Assembly (NCBI GenBank): GCA_051313645.2
Contig: JBNRSN020000001.1
Location: 31,186,001-31,250,000, forward strand
Reading direction: 5' to 3'
From: Centroscyllium fabricii
Lineage: Eukaryota
Length of the DNA: 64,000 nt
The notes beneath the pieces were generated by a model, which made no database searches, was not told the origin of the DNA, and worked only from the letters and a program-made list of their open reading frames with translations. The position numbers were made by a program, and so were the translations under genes. Of the stretch, positions 36,510 to 47,917 are shown piece by piece. Each line of letters begins with the position of its first letter. The first letter of the stretch is position 1.

Positions 36510-36664
36510 AGGGCTAATTTTGCAAATGCACGATCCTAACATTCCTGGTTAGAACTTCATCATTTATTTTAATGAATGGGAAATCTTGGGGAGTGTGCCC
36601 ACGATTTCATGATAATGGCAGATGAGATTCTCCACCAGCAGCATGTGTTTGGAAGATTAGTCCT
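36510..36664. mobile_element. Small MITE
   Basis: Imperfect TIRs AGGGCTAATTTTGCAAATGCA / TGTGTTTGGAAGATTAGTCCT. Confidence 0.5.
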
Positions 36665-37114
36665 GATTACTTGAAAGGTATTTTGAGTAGAAATTTGTTC
36701 TTGCATAAAATCAATTAAATTCTGATTTTATTACCTATGCCAAAACTACAAACCAACTCACTGATAATCTGGAATATAATTATAGGGGGGAAAATTCGAT
36801 ATCGCCCATTTTGGGGCAAAATCTAGCGCCTGGTGCAAATTATCACCGACGACCACAAAATTCTTCTCTAGTGCCCCTAGAGGTGACTAAAGCACTAAAT
36901 GAAGTGCTACACACATCTTTTAGAGCGCTAACGATGGGGAACGAGCCATTACCTCAGAGTGCTACTCAAGTTCAGACGATGTCAATTTCCTAGTCCTCAG
37001 ACAGACTGGCGCCTTCCAGTTCTTAAAGTGGGGCTCAATCATGCTGCACAGCCTGATCATTGCTGCTTTTGACCTGAGCCTGCAAGGAGATGCAAATCTT
37101 GAAAGATGATTATC

Positions 37115-38272
37115 ATGGTTGCTCAGAGGCCCAGGGAGAGAGTTCGCCGGTTTAGCGACCAGGCATTGGAGGCTCTGGTTGTGGCTGTGGAATGCCGACG
37201 GGCAGTGCTGTTCCCAGACACTGGCAAGAGGCCATTGCCCGGGGAGTTTACAAGGGTGTGCAGGGAATTTGCCCAGTACATTTCATCCAGGAGCCTGGTC
37301 CCAAAGGACTCACACGCAGTGCCACAATAAGTTCAACGACCTCACTCGGGTAGTCATGGTGATTAGATGCATGAAATAACTCTACATCACTCTGTGCACA
37401 GACGGAGTAAATTGCCAAATCCTCAACACTCACCCAACAACTATGCCCATCTCCTAAAAGTCACATCCACATCTCAGACTTTGCAGACATTAACGGCTAT
37501 TCAACTATGGTAGGCACATTTGCTAAACACGCACATGCTGTCCTTTTCCTTGCAGGCCAAGCTTTCACTTAACAGGAGGGAGCAACAATGCATGGGAGGA
37601 GGTCAGGCGGAGCTGCACCCCCTCACACAGCTGGATGAGCGTGTTCATAGCATCATTGCAAATGATGTCTTGGGCGCTGTGGCAGTTGGAGAGGTTGACT
37701 CCCTTGGGGGCAGCAATGGTATGTTCATCATCTCTTCTCCTCTCTCATGCCACTTCCTCCTCACAACGTGAGCCATTCCCACTTTCCATCTAGCTATACT
37801 GTCTCCATTCCTTGCTCGCTTCCTGCACCCCTGCCCTCATGTTAAAGCCACTCTTGTGCCTTCCTACTTTCAGATAGTGAGCCACCATCTGACCAGCCTG
37901 TCCCTCAGCTTCCCAGTGGCAGTGACACGGGAGAGGAGGAGGAACACGAAGCCAGAGCCTCACTGCCTGCATCTCCCAAGGGCGAGACATCCGATTCTGG
38001 GGCCATGCATTCGCTGGAGGGGAGCAGGGGATTTGTCTCTGATTTGTGTGAAGCTCCGGGACCCTGCGGGCCGCAGCAACGCCATAGGGAAAGGGAAGCT
38101 CGGGGACCATCTCCCCGGAGGGATAGTACACGCACGGGTTCTGCTGCACAGGACTTGGATGAGGACCTTGATTTTGTGGCGATGAATACCCAGGCGATGA
38201 GCATAGATACTGAGCTCATGGGTGCAATGGCAATTGTGCCCGAGAGCATGGATGCACTGGCTAGGAGTGTGG
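37115..38272 (+). pseudogene. Harbinger Myb/SANT-like DNA-binding protein, spliced (3 exons), frameshifted
   Basis: Exon 1 reads RFSDQALEALV..VE.RRAVLFP...RTHTQCHNKFNDLTRVV. An acceptor TTTTCCTTGCAG precedes AKLSLNRREQQCMGGG (~37556), with a donor GTATGT near 37719 and a further acceptor TACTTTCAG near 37873. Confidence 0.8.
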
Positions 38273-38849
38273 AGGAGCCAGCCACGAGGTTGATGCGGTG
38301 GTTGGAACAGGTCTGGGACACCAGTCTGGTGCAGGATGAATGCATCATGGCTGCTGCCAGGATAGCGGGCTTTGACGGCGAGGATGCACTGTCTGTGGTC
38401 ACACACCAACTGCATGTTCAGAGAGTGGAAGCCTTTGCGGTTGCGGAAAACTTTTGCATTTTCATGAGGTGTCCGCAATGCCACGTGCGTGCAGTCAGTG
38501 ACGCCCTGAACCATAGTGAAGCCCGCTATCCTAGCAAAGCCACATGCACTTTCACGCTGTTTGTCTCAGGTCATGGGGAATGAGATGTACTCCCTTCTCC
38601 TTTTGTAGAAAGCCTCCTGGATGCAACAATGGACAGCGAACTGGGAGATGTTTACAATATCCCCTGTTCAAGCCTGGAAGGAGCCGCTGCTATAGAAATT
38701 CAGAGCCACCGTCACCTTCACTGCCACTGACAGAAAGATCCTGGTCCTCATCTGAGGCTGGAGCTCTGGTTGCAGGAGGTGGCAAAGCTCTGTGACCACC
38801 TCCTTGCTGAAATGAAGCCTTCTAAAACACTGCTCCTTGGACAGATGGA
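38272..38849 (-). pseudogene. Harbinger (HARBI1-like, DDE_Tnp_4) transposase fragment
   Basis: VQGVTDCTHVAL...FRNRKGFHSLNMQLVCD...ARYPGSSHDAFIL...GWLL; upstream VTVALNFYSSGSFQ contains stops. Confidence 0.9.
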
Positions 38850-38931
38850 TGTGGTAATCGTATTACCATTGTATATAGTTGGGTCACACCACAGACCAGC
38901 ACGTATAGTGGCTGGAGGTATTGTATATAGT

Positions 38932-41900
38932 TGACGTATCGTCAATTAACTCAATAAAGCCAAAGACGAGTAGTGACCTTAACTACAGGCTTTTATTGAC
39001 TTACATAGGAGCTATACTCCGAACGAACAACAGGTACAGAATGGACGGGGTCCGGTCAGTCCTCACCTATAAAGGGCCTCACCTGGGGGAGGAGTTAGAG
39101 CTGTGGCTGACCTGGCCCCACGACAGTGTCGCAACATCTCATGCACCCGACCGCTATGCACACTAGTAATATTGTCACCAATATTACGGTGGTAATTTAT
39201 ACATATATGGTTACCACATTCACCCCTTCTTGAAAATTTACAGAGCAGTTCATTATTAACTTGTCCGGCGGTCGCGTCTGTCTGGAGGACTGCCGGGGTT
39301 CTGGCAGAAGTTCTGTGTGATCCGTTCCGCTTGGGACCGGTGGTGGTGACAGCGGCGCTGGTGCCGAAACTTCAGGTGCTGGTGGTGGTGGTTGGTCCGA
39401 GCCATCCGAATGGTGGTCTTGGGCTGGCCATGGCGGGGGCTCTGGATACCCTGGTGGCCATTGTAGCTGCAGGGGGTGGTCGAAATATCGTGGCTGGGCG
39501 GGCTGCTGCCCGAACAGTGGCTCTGCTGTGGTGCTCCCGGCGGGCGCTAGGTCCCTGATGGAGACGGTGTCCTCACGCCCATCCGGGAACTGCACGTAGG
39601 CGTACTGTGGGTTGGCGTGCAGGAGCTGCACCTTGTCTACCAGGGGGTCGGTCTTGTGGCCGCGGACGTGTTTCCTAAGGAAGACCGGCCCCGGCGTCGT
39701 AAGCCACGGTGGAAGAGCTGTCCCCGAAGTCGACTTCCTGGGAAAGGAAAACATTAAATCATGAGGGGTGGCGTTGGTGGCCGTACACAGTAGAGAGCGT
39801 ATCGAGTGCAGCGCGTCGGGGAGGACTGCCTGCCAATGGGACACTGGAAGGCCTCTGGACTTCAGAGCCAGGGTGACCGCCTTCCAGATGATCCCATTCT
39901 CCCTTTCTACCTGGCCGTTCCCCCGGGGGTTGTAACTGGTCGTTCTGCTCGAGGCAACCTCTTTCTGGAGCAGAAACTGGCGCAGTTCATCGCTCATGAA
40001 CGATGAACCCCGGTCGCTATGAATATAGCTGGGGAGACCGAAAATGGCGATTAGCGTGATGAAGTGCCTTATCACTGTTGCGCTCATCATATCTGGGCAG
40101 GGGAAGGCGAAGGGGAAGCGGGAGAACTCGTCTACGACCGTGAGGAAGTACGAGTTGCGGTCGGTGGAGGGGAGGGGGCCTTTGAAGTCCACGCTTAGAC
40201 GTTCAAAGGGGCGGGTGGCCTTAATGAGGTGCGCCGTGTCTGGCCTGAAAAATTGGGGTTTGCACTCGGCGTAAACAGGGCACTCTCGGGTCATAGCCTT
40301 GATCTCCGTGATGGAGTAGGGGAGGCTACGGGATCTAATGAAGTGGGCGAGTCTGGTGACACCCGGGTGACAGAGGCGATTGTGGAGGTCCTTCAGCCGG
40401 TCTAGCTGGGCACTGGTGCACGTTACCCTGGACAGTGCGTCCGGGGGTTCATTGAGTTTGCCTGGTCGGTAAAGAATGTCATACTCGTAAGTCGAGAGCT
40501 CGATCCGCCACCGCAGGATCTTATCATTCTTGATCTTACCCTTTTGTTTATTATTAAACATAAACGCAACCGACCGCTGGTCGGTGAGTAGGGTAAAACG
40601 CTTACCAGCCAGGTAATGACGCCAATAACGCACGGCCTCCACAATGGCCTGGGCCTCCTTTTCCACTGCAGAGTGGCGAATTTCGGGTCCCTGTAAGGTG
40701 CGGGAGAAAAACGCTACGGGGCTGCCTGCCTGATTCAGGGTGGCGGCAAGGGCAAAGTCCGAAGCATCACGCTCCACCTGGAAAGCGATGGATTCATCAA
40801 CGGCGTGCATGGTCGCCTTGATGATGTCTTGCTTTATCCGGGCGAATGCCGTTTGGGCTTCTACCGAGAGGGGGAAGGCGGCAGCCTTGAGGAGTGGTCT
40901 AGCCTTGTCCGCGAACTGTGGGACCCATTGTGCGTAATAGGAGAAAAATCCTAGGCATCTCCTCAAGGCTTTGGGGTTGTGAGGAAGGGGCAGTAGTTCT
41001 TGAAGGGGGCGCATACGCTGTGAGTCGGGGCCGAGGACCCCGTTGTCCACCACGTATCCGAGGATGGCGAGCCGATCTGTATTAACGACACATTTGTCCT
41101 TGTTATACGTTAGATCCAGCCGTTTCGCCGTGTCAAGGTATTTGGCCAGATTGGCATCGTGGTCCTGCTGGTCATGGCCGCAGATAGTCACGTTGTCCAG
41201 GTATGGGAAGGTGGCCTGCAACCCGTTCTGGTCAACCATGCGGTCCATCTCCCGCTGGAATACCGACACTCCGTTGGTCACGCCGAAGGGGACCCGGAGG
41301 AAGTGGTAGAGCTGACCGTTCGCCTCGAAGGTGGTGTCCGGGCGGTCGGCTTTCCAGATCGGGAGTTGGTGATACGCCGACTTAAGGTCGATTGTGGAGA
41401 ACACCTTGTATTGGGCGATCTTGTTGACCATGTCCGAAATGCGGGGGACGGGGTAGGCATCGAGCCCGGTGTAGCGGTTAATAGTCTGGCTGTAATCGAT
41501 AACCAGCCGCCGTTTCTCGCCAGTCTTCACCACTACAACCTGGGCCCGCCAGGGGCTAGTGCTGGCTTCAATTATCCCCTCCTTCAGCATACGCCCGACC
41601 TCCGACCTGATAATTGTCCGATCCCCCACACTGTACCGCCGACACTTGGCAGCAATAGGCTTGCAGTTGTGGTCGAGGTTGGCGAACAGTGAGGGGGGGT
41701 CGATTTTCAGTGTGGAGAGGCCACAGGCCAGGCTCCGCTTTGGGAAGGGACTGTCCCAGCTACTGACGGTGAGGGGGGGCAGGGTCCCGCCGAACTCCAT
41801 TGTCACGCTCTTAAGGTGGCACTGGAAATCCAGTCCCAGTAAGGTTGGGTCGCAAAGTTGCTTGAGGATGTACAACTTAACGTTGCGGTACACGCAACCC

Positions 41901-43796
41901 TTAATTGTGAGCGTGACGGAGCAGTAGCCAGTGACGTCCGCGGTGTGGGACTGTGAAGCAAGGGAGACTTGGTAGCTCGTGGGCAGGATCTGCAGTCCAT
42001 AGCGCCCCGCTGTATCAGGGTGAATGAAGCTCTCTGTGCTTCCAGTGTCGAACAGGCATTTGGTAGTATGGCCGTTGACTTTAATTGGCATAATTGAGTT
42101 CGATAGGGTGTGCGGCCTAGCCTGGTCGACCTTTGGGATGGCTGAGGCTGAGGTGTGTGTTTGTGTGTGGGGGCCCCCTGCTGGTTGGGGCTGAACACAA
42201 GATGGCGGCGCCCGTGGTTCGCACATGGCAGGCCGCTGGAGACAAGATGGCGGCACCGGGGGGTCGCACATGGCGGACCGCTGGAGACAAGATGGCGGCG
42301 CCGAGGGGTCGCACATGGCGGGCCGTTGGAGGCAAGATGGCGGTGCCCATGGTTCGCACGCGTCTGACCGCTGTGAGCGCGTTGGCGGCGCCCGTGGTTC
42401 GCACGCAGCGGGCCGCGGTGGCTGGGTTGGCGGTGCTCGTGGTTCGCACACAGCGAGCCGCGGCGGTTGGGTTGGCGGTGCCCCTGATTCGCACGCAGCG
42501 GGCCGCGCTGGGCGTGATGCCGGCGTTGGGGTGTCGTGCCTGGCCAGCCGTGGCTGAGCTTGGCGTGCCGTGGGTGCAGCCGGCCTTTGCCGCATCTGGG
42601 TGGGAGATGGGGGCGCTTTTTCTCTACCCCCGTACTGTCGCTGGATCGTGCTGCAATTGCAGCTTACCTGAGACCTGGTGGAGCTTTCACAGGCTGCGCT
42701 GTTGTACCTGGAGTTGGGTGCCGTGGCTGATCTGCAGGCCTTTGCATAGTGTCCCTTCTTGGAGCACCTCTCGCAGGTCGCGGTCTTCGCTGGGCATCTC
42801 GCCCGTGGATGTAATCCCTGGCCGCAGAAGTAGCACTTTTTGTCCGCCGGCGTCTTCGCGGCTGTCGCTGCCATCGTTGGGTTCTCGGCCCGTTGTGGTG
42901 CTGCCCAGACCTGGACCCGTTGTGGTGCAGCCCACGCGTCGTAGACCTGCGGGTTTGTGCCGCTGTACACCTGCAGCTTGTGGCGTGCACCTTCCACCGA
43001 GTTCGAGATGGAGATCGCCTCCTCTAGAGTTAGGGAGTCTTTCTCTAGCAGCCGCTGGCGGGCCTCTACGCACCTTAGTCCTGTTACATAGGCATCTCGG
43101 ACGAGGAGATTCACCTCCTCCTCTGCCGTCCGTGGTTGGCAGCCACAGACCCGTACCAGGGCTTGGAGCGCCTGCTCGAACTGTTCATTAGACTCACCCG
43201 GTAGTTGTGGTCTGGTCGCGAGCACATGTCTGGCGTAGACAGAGTGGACCGGGCGCTCGTAGTATTTTGAGCAGTTTCTCCACCGCCACTGGGTACGTTT
43301 TGGCGTCCCGGATGAGGGAGAATACTCGGCTGGAGATCCTGGACTGGAGAACCTGCAGCTTGTTCCCGTCGGTTGTTGTCCATGTAGGCCTCCAGGAGAC
43401 CGAACCAGTGTTCGAAGGTAGTAGCGGTGGCTGGGTCCTGTGGACTGATGTCCAGCTTCTCTGGTTTTACCGCGCCGCTCTCCATTTCGAATTTTTAAGT
43501 CAATAAAATTGACGTATCGTCAATTAACTCAATAAAGCCAAAGACGAGTAGTGACCTTAACTACAGGCTTTTATTGACTTATATAGGAGCTATACTCCGA
43601 ACGAACAACAGGTACAGAATGGACGGGGTCCGGTCAGTCCTCACCTATAAAGGGCCTCACCTGGGGGAGGAGTTAGAGGTGTGGCTGACCTGGCCCCACG
43701 ACAGTGTCGCAACATCTCATGCACCCGACCGCTATGCACACTGGTAATATTGGCACCAATATTACGGTGGTAATTTATACATATTTGGTTACCACA
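38932..43796 (-). mobile_element. Gypsy YLDN family copy A, full length (4865 bp)
   Basis: 287-bp LTRs at 38932-39218 and 43510-43796 (5 mismatches by eye), perfect TSD ATAGT (38927-38931, 43797-43801), and PPT AAGAAGGGGTGAA. Confidence 0.97.
39197..43485 (-). pseudogene. Copy A single-ORF gag-pol (CCHC knuckles, protease, RT, RNase H, integrase); 11-bp deletion frameshift near 43378
   Basis: 1342-aa ORF with CYFCG..HPRARC, CERCSKKGHYAKAC, LFDTGS, YLDN, DASD, HNRLCH, VDFKG/SDRG/VERENG. The start ATG at 43485 is out of frame relative to copies C and D. Confidence 0.92.
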
Positions 43797-46700
43797 ATAG
43801 TATTGTATAAAACACTGTTGTAAGGTCATGTCGGCCACACCTCTAACTCCTCCCAACAGGTGAGGGCTTTATAGGTGAGGCCTGCCCTGCCCCCATTCAT
43901 TCTGTACTCGATGTTCGACTGGAGACTAGCTCCATCTTTAAGTGATTAAAAGCTGATAGTTAAGGTAACTACCCGTCTTCGTATTATTGACGATACTGTC
44001 AATTTTAATCACTTACTTTTTCGAAATGGAGAGCGGCGCTGTGAAACCCGAAAAGTTGGATATTAATCCCCAAGAACCAGACGCCGCCAACACTTTTGAA
44101 CATTGGTTCAGCCTTGTTGAGGCCTACATGGCGGCCGCCAAGGCGATGACCGACGGGGACAATCTACACGTCCTCTTGTCCAGGATCACCAGCCGGGTGT
44201 ACTCCTTCATCCGCGGCATCACAACATACCCAGAGGCCGTGGAGAAACTGAAGGCATGCTACGTGCGCCCGGTCCACTCGGTCTATGCCAGACACGTGCT
44301 GGTGACCAGACAACAGCGGCTCGGTGAGTCGAATGAACAGTATCTGTTGGCGCTTCAAGCCCTCGCCCAGGCCTGTGATTGCTAGCCATGAACGGCGCAG
44401 GAGGAGACGAATCTCCTCGTTCGAGACGCCTACGTGACGGGAATCAGGTCCAGCCAGGGCCGCCAGCGGTTGCTGGAAAAAGACACTTTATCACTGGAGG
44501 AGGCGATCTCCATCTCTAACGCAGTGGATGGAGCGCGCCGCAGGCTAGAGGCGTATAGCAGCCAAGGCCCACATGACACACTCGACCCCTGGATGGCCCC
44601 ACGACAGGTCGAGAACGTCACAATGGCAGCGGCAGCTGCGAAGACACCGTCGGACCGCAAATTCTACATCTGCGGCCAGGGACAGCACCCGCGAGCGAAA
44701 TGCCCCGCGAGGACCGCGACCTGTGAGAGATGTGGCAAGAAAGGACACAACGCCAGGGCCTGCAAATCGGCTCCAATGCCCAGCTCCAGACACAACAGCG
44801 CGGCCTGTGAGAGTTCCAAAGTCATCCCATGGCCTAAGGTAAGCTGCTGTTGCAGCGCGACACAGCAGCGGTCCGGGGATAGATGTCAGGCGCCCCCGTC
44901 TCCCACCCCTGTACGGCAGAGGCTGGCCGCGCACACGGCACGAGCACCGCCACGCCAAAGACGGCCGCGGCCGGCCATGGGCGACCCCCCAACACTGACA
45001 CCTCGCCCAGCGCGGTCCGCTGCGTGCGAATCACGGGCGCCGCCACCTCGGCCACCGCGTGCGAACCACGGGCACCGCCATCTCGTCCACCGCGGCCCGC
45101 CACGTGCGAACCACGGGCGCCGCCATCTTGTCTTCAGCGGCCAGCCATGTGCGACTCCCCGGCACCACCATCTTGTCTTCAGCGGCCAGCCATGTGTGAC
45201 TCCCCGGCGCCGCCATCTTGTGACCCCCGGCGCCGCCATCTTGTTTTCAACGGCCAGCCATGTGCGACCCTCCGGCACCGCCATCTTGTCCACCACTGGC
45301 GGCCGCGTGCGAACCACAGGCGCCGCCATCTTGTACACGGATCTAGCTAGCGGAGGGCCCCCACACACACACACACACTTCGGCCTCAGCAATCGTTGAC
45401 CATGCTAGACCGCACTCCCTATCAAATTCCAAGATGGGGATTAAAGTTAACGGTCACATCACAAACTGCCTGTTCGACACCGGAAGCACAGAGAGCTTCA
45501 TTCACCCCGACACAGTGCGGCGCTACACACTGCACACCCTGCCCACGCACTACCAAATCTCCCTTGCTTCAAAGTCCCACACGGCAGACGTCACCGGTCA
45601 CTGCTCCATCACGCTCATGGTCAGTGACTGCGTGTACCGTAATTTTAAACTGTACATCCTCCAGCAGTTGTGCGGCCCAGTCTTACTGGGACTGGATTTC
45701 CAGTGCTACCTGAAGAGCGTGACAATGGAGTTCGGTGGGACCCTGGCCCCCCTCGCCGTCAGTAGTCGGGACAATCCCTTCCTAAAGCGGAGCTCGACTT
45801 GCGGCCTATCCACCCTGAAATTCGACCCCCCCTCACTGTTCGCCAACCTCGACCCCAACTGCAAACCCATTGCTACCAAGAGTCGGCGTTACAGTGCGTG
45901 GGACCGGGCATTTATCAGGTCGGAAGTCGGGCGTATGCTGCAGGAGGGGATAATTGAGGCCAGCACCAGCCCCTGGCGGGCCCAGGTTGTAGTGGTTAAG
46001 ACTGGTGAGAAACTGCGGATGGTGATCGATTACAGCCAGACTATTAACCGCTAAACCGGGCTCGACGCCTACCCCCTCCCTTGCATCTCGGACATGGTTA
46101 ACCAGATCGCCCAGTACAAGGTCTTTTCAACAATCGACCTTAAGTCGGCGTATCACTAACTCCCGATCCGGAAAGCCGACCGCCAGTACACCGCCTTCGA
46201 GGCGAACGGTCGGCTCTACCACTTCCTCTGGGTCCCCTTCGGCGTGACCAACGGAGAGTCGGTATTCCAAAAGGAGATGGACCGTATGGTTGACCAGAAC
46301 GGGTTGCAGGCCACCTGCCCCTACCTGGACAACGTGACCATCTGCGGCCATGACCAGCAGGACCACGATGCCAACCTGGCCAAATTTCTCCACACGGCAA
46401 AATGGCTCGATCTCACTTACAATAAAGACAAGTGTGTCTTTAGTACAGATCGGCTCGCCATCCTCGGATACGTGGTGGAAAATGGGGTCCTCGGCCCCGA
46501 CCCACAGCGTATGCATCCCTTACAGGAACTGCCCCTACCTCACAACCCCAGAGCCCTGAGGAGATGTCTGGGATTTTTCTCCTATTACGCGCAATGGGTT
46601 CCCCAGTTCGCGGATAAGGCCAGAACGCTCCTCAAGGCTGCCGTCTTCCCCCTCTCGGTAGAAGCCCAAATGACGTTCGCCCTGATTAAGGAAGATATTA

Positions 46701-47917
46701 TCAAGGCGACCATGCACGCCGTTGATGAATCGATCCCTTTCCAGTTGGAGAGTGACGATTCAGACTTTGCCCTTGCCGCCACCCTGAATCAGGCAGGCAG
46801 GCCCGTAGTGTTTTTCTCCCGCACCCTACAGGGACCCGAAACTCGCCACTCTGCAGTGGAAAAGGAGGCCCATGCCATCGTGGAGGCCGTGCGCTACTGG
46901 TGTCATTTCCTGGCCGGTAAGTGTTTTACCCTGCTCACCAACCAACGGTTGGTCGCGTTTATGTTTAACAATAAACAAAAGGGTAAAATCAAGAATGATA
47001 AGATCCTGCAGTGGCGGATCGAGCTCTCGACTTACGAGTACGACATTCTTTACCGACCAGGCAAACTCAACGAACCCCCGAATGCACTGTCCCGGGGAAC
47101 GTGCGCCAGTGCCCAGCTAGACCGGCTGAAGGAACTCCACGATCGCCTCTGCCAATCGGGTATCACCAGCCTTGCCCATTTCGTTAAATCCCGTAGCCTC
47201 CCCTACTCCATCACGGAGATCAAGGCTATGACCCGAGAGTGCCCTGTTTGCGCCGAGTGCAAACCCCAATTTTACAGGCCAGACACTGCGCACCTCATCA
47301 AGGCCACCCGACCCTTTGAACGTCTGAGCGTGGACTTCAAAGGCCCCGGCCCCTCCACCGACCGCAACTCGTACTTCCTCACTGTCATGGACGAGTTCTC
47401 CCGCTTCCCCTTCGCCTTCTCCTGCCCAGATATGACGAGCGCAACAGTGATAAGACACTTCACCACGCTGTTCGCCATTTTCGGTCTCACCAGCTACATC
47501 CATAGCGACTGGGGGTCGTCGTTGATGAACGACGAACTGCGTCAGTTTCTGCTTCAGAAAGGGGTTGCCTCAAGCAGAACGACCAGTTACAACACCCGGG
47601 GGAATGGCCAGGTAGAAAGGGAAAACGGGATCATCTGGAAGGTGGTCAGCCTGGCCCTGAGGTCCAGAGGCCTTCCAGTGTCCCGTTGGCAGGTAGTCCT
47701 CCCAGACGCGCTCCACTCCATCCGCTCTCTGCTGTGTACGGCGGCCATAAGTCCGACACCCTGGTGGAAAAGGTGGAGCTGCTGCACGCCAACCCGCAGT
47801 ATACCTACGTGCAGTTACCGGACGGGCGCGAGGACACAGTTTCCATCAGGGACCTAGCGCCCGCCGGGAGCACCGGAGCAGAGCCCCTGGTCGAGCCTCA
47901 GCCCGACCAGCCACCGC

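Larger units (their letters stand above)
36785..38849. mobile_element. PIF/Harbinger transposon, internally deleted; right end lost after the Gypsy B insertion
   Basis: Left TIR GGGGGGAAAATTC; convergent Myb/SANT and DDE transposase remnants. Confidence 0.85.
38850..47915 (+). mobile_element. Gypsy YLDN family copy B: 5' LTR (38850-38931 + 43802-44001) split by copy A; 3' end missing
   Basis: TGTGGTAA start and ...GATACTGTCA end. The gag-pol pseudogene runs from ATG 44027 with several stops and frameshifts and an integrase deletion near 47742. Confidence 0.88.

Noticed and set aside
37960-38514. Domesticated HARBI1 gene
   Set aside because: It has stops, an internal deletion, a TIR and a partner Myb/SANT ORF, so it is a dead transposon.
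42133-43191. 352-aa antisense ORF and similar shadow ORFs in Gypsy copies
   Set aside because: GC-rich repeat-derived frames whose lengths are not conserved among copies A-D.
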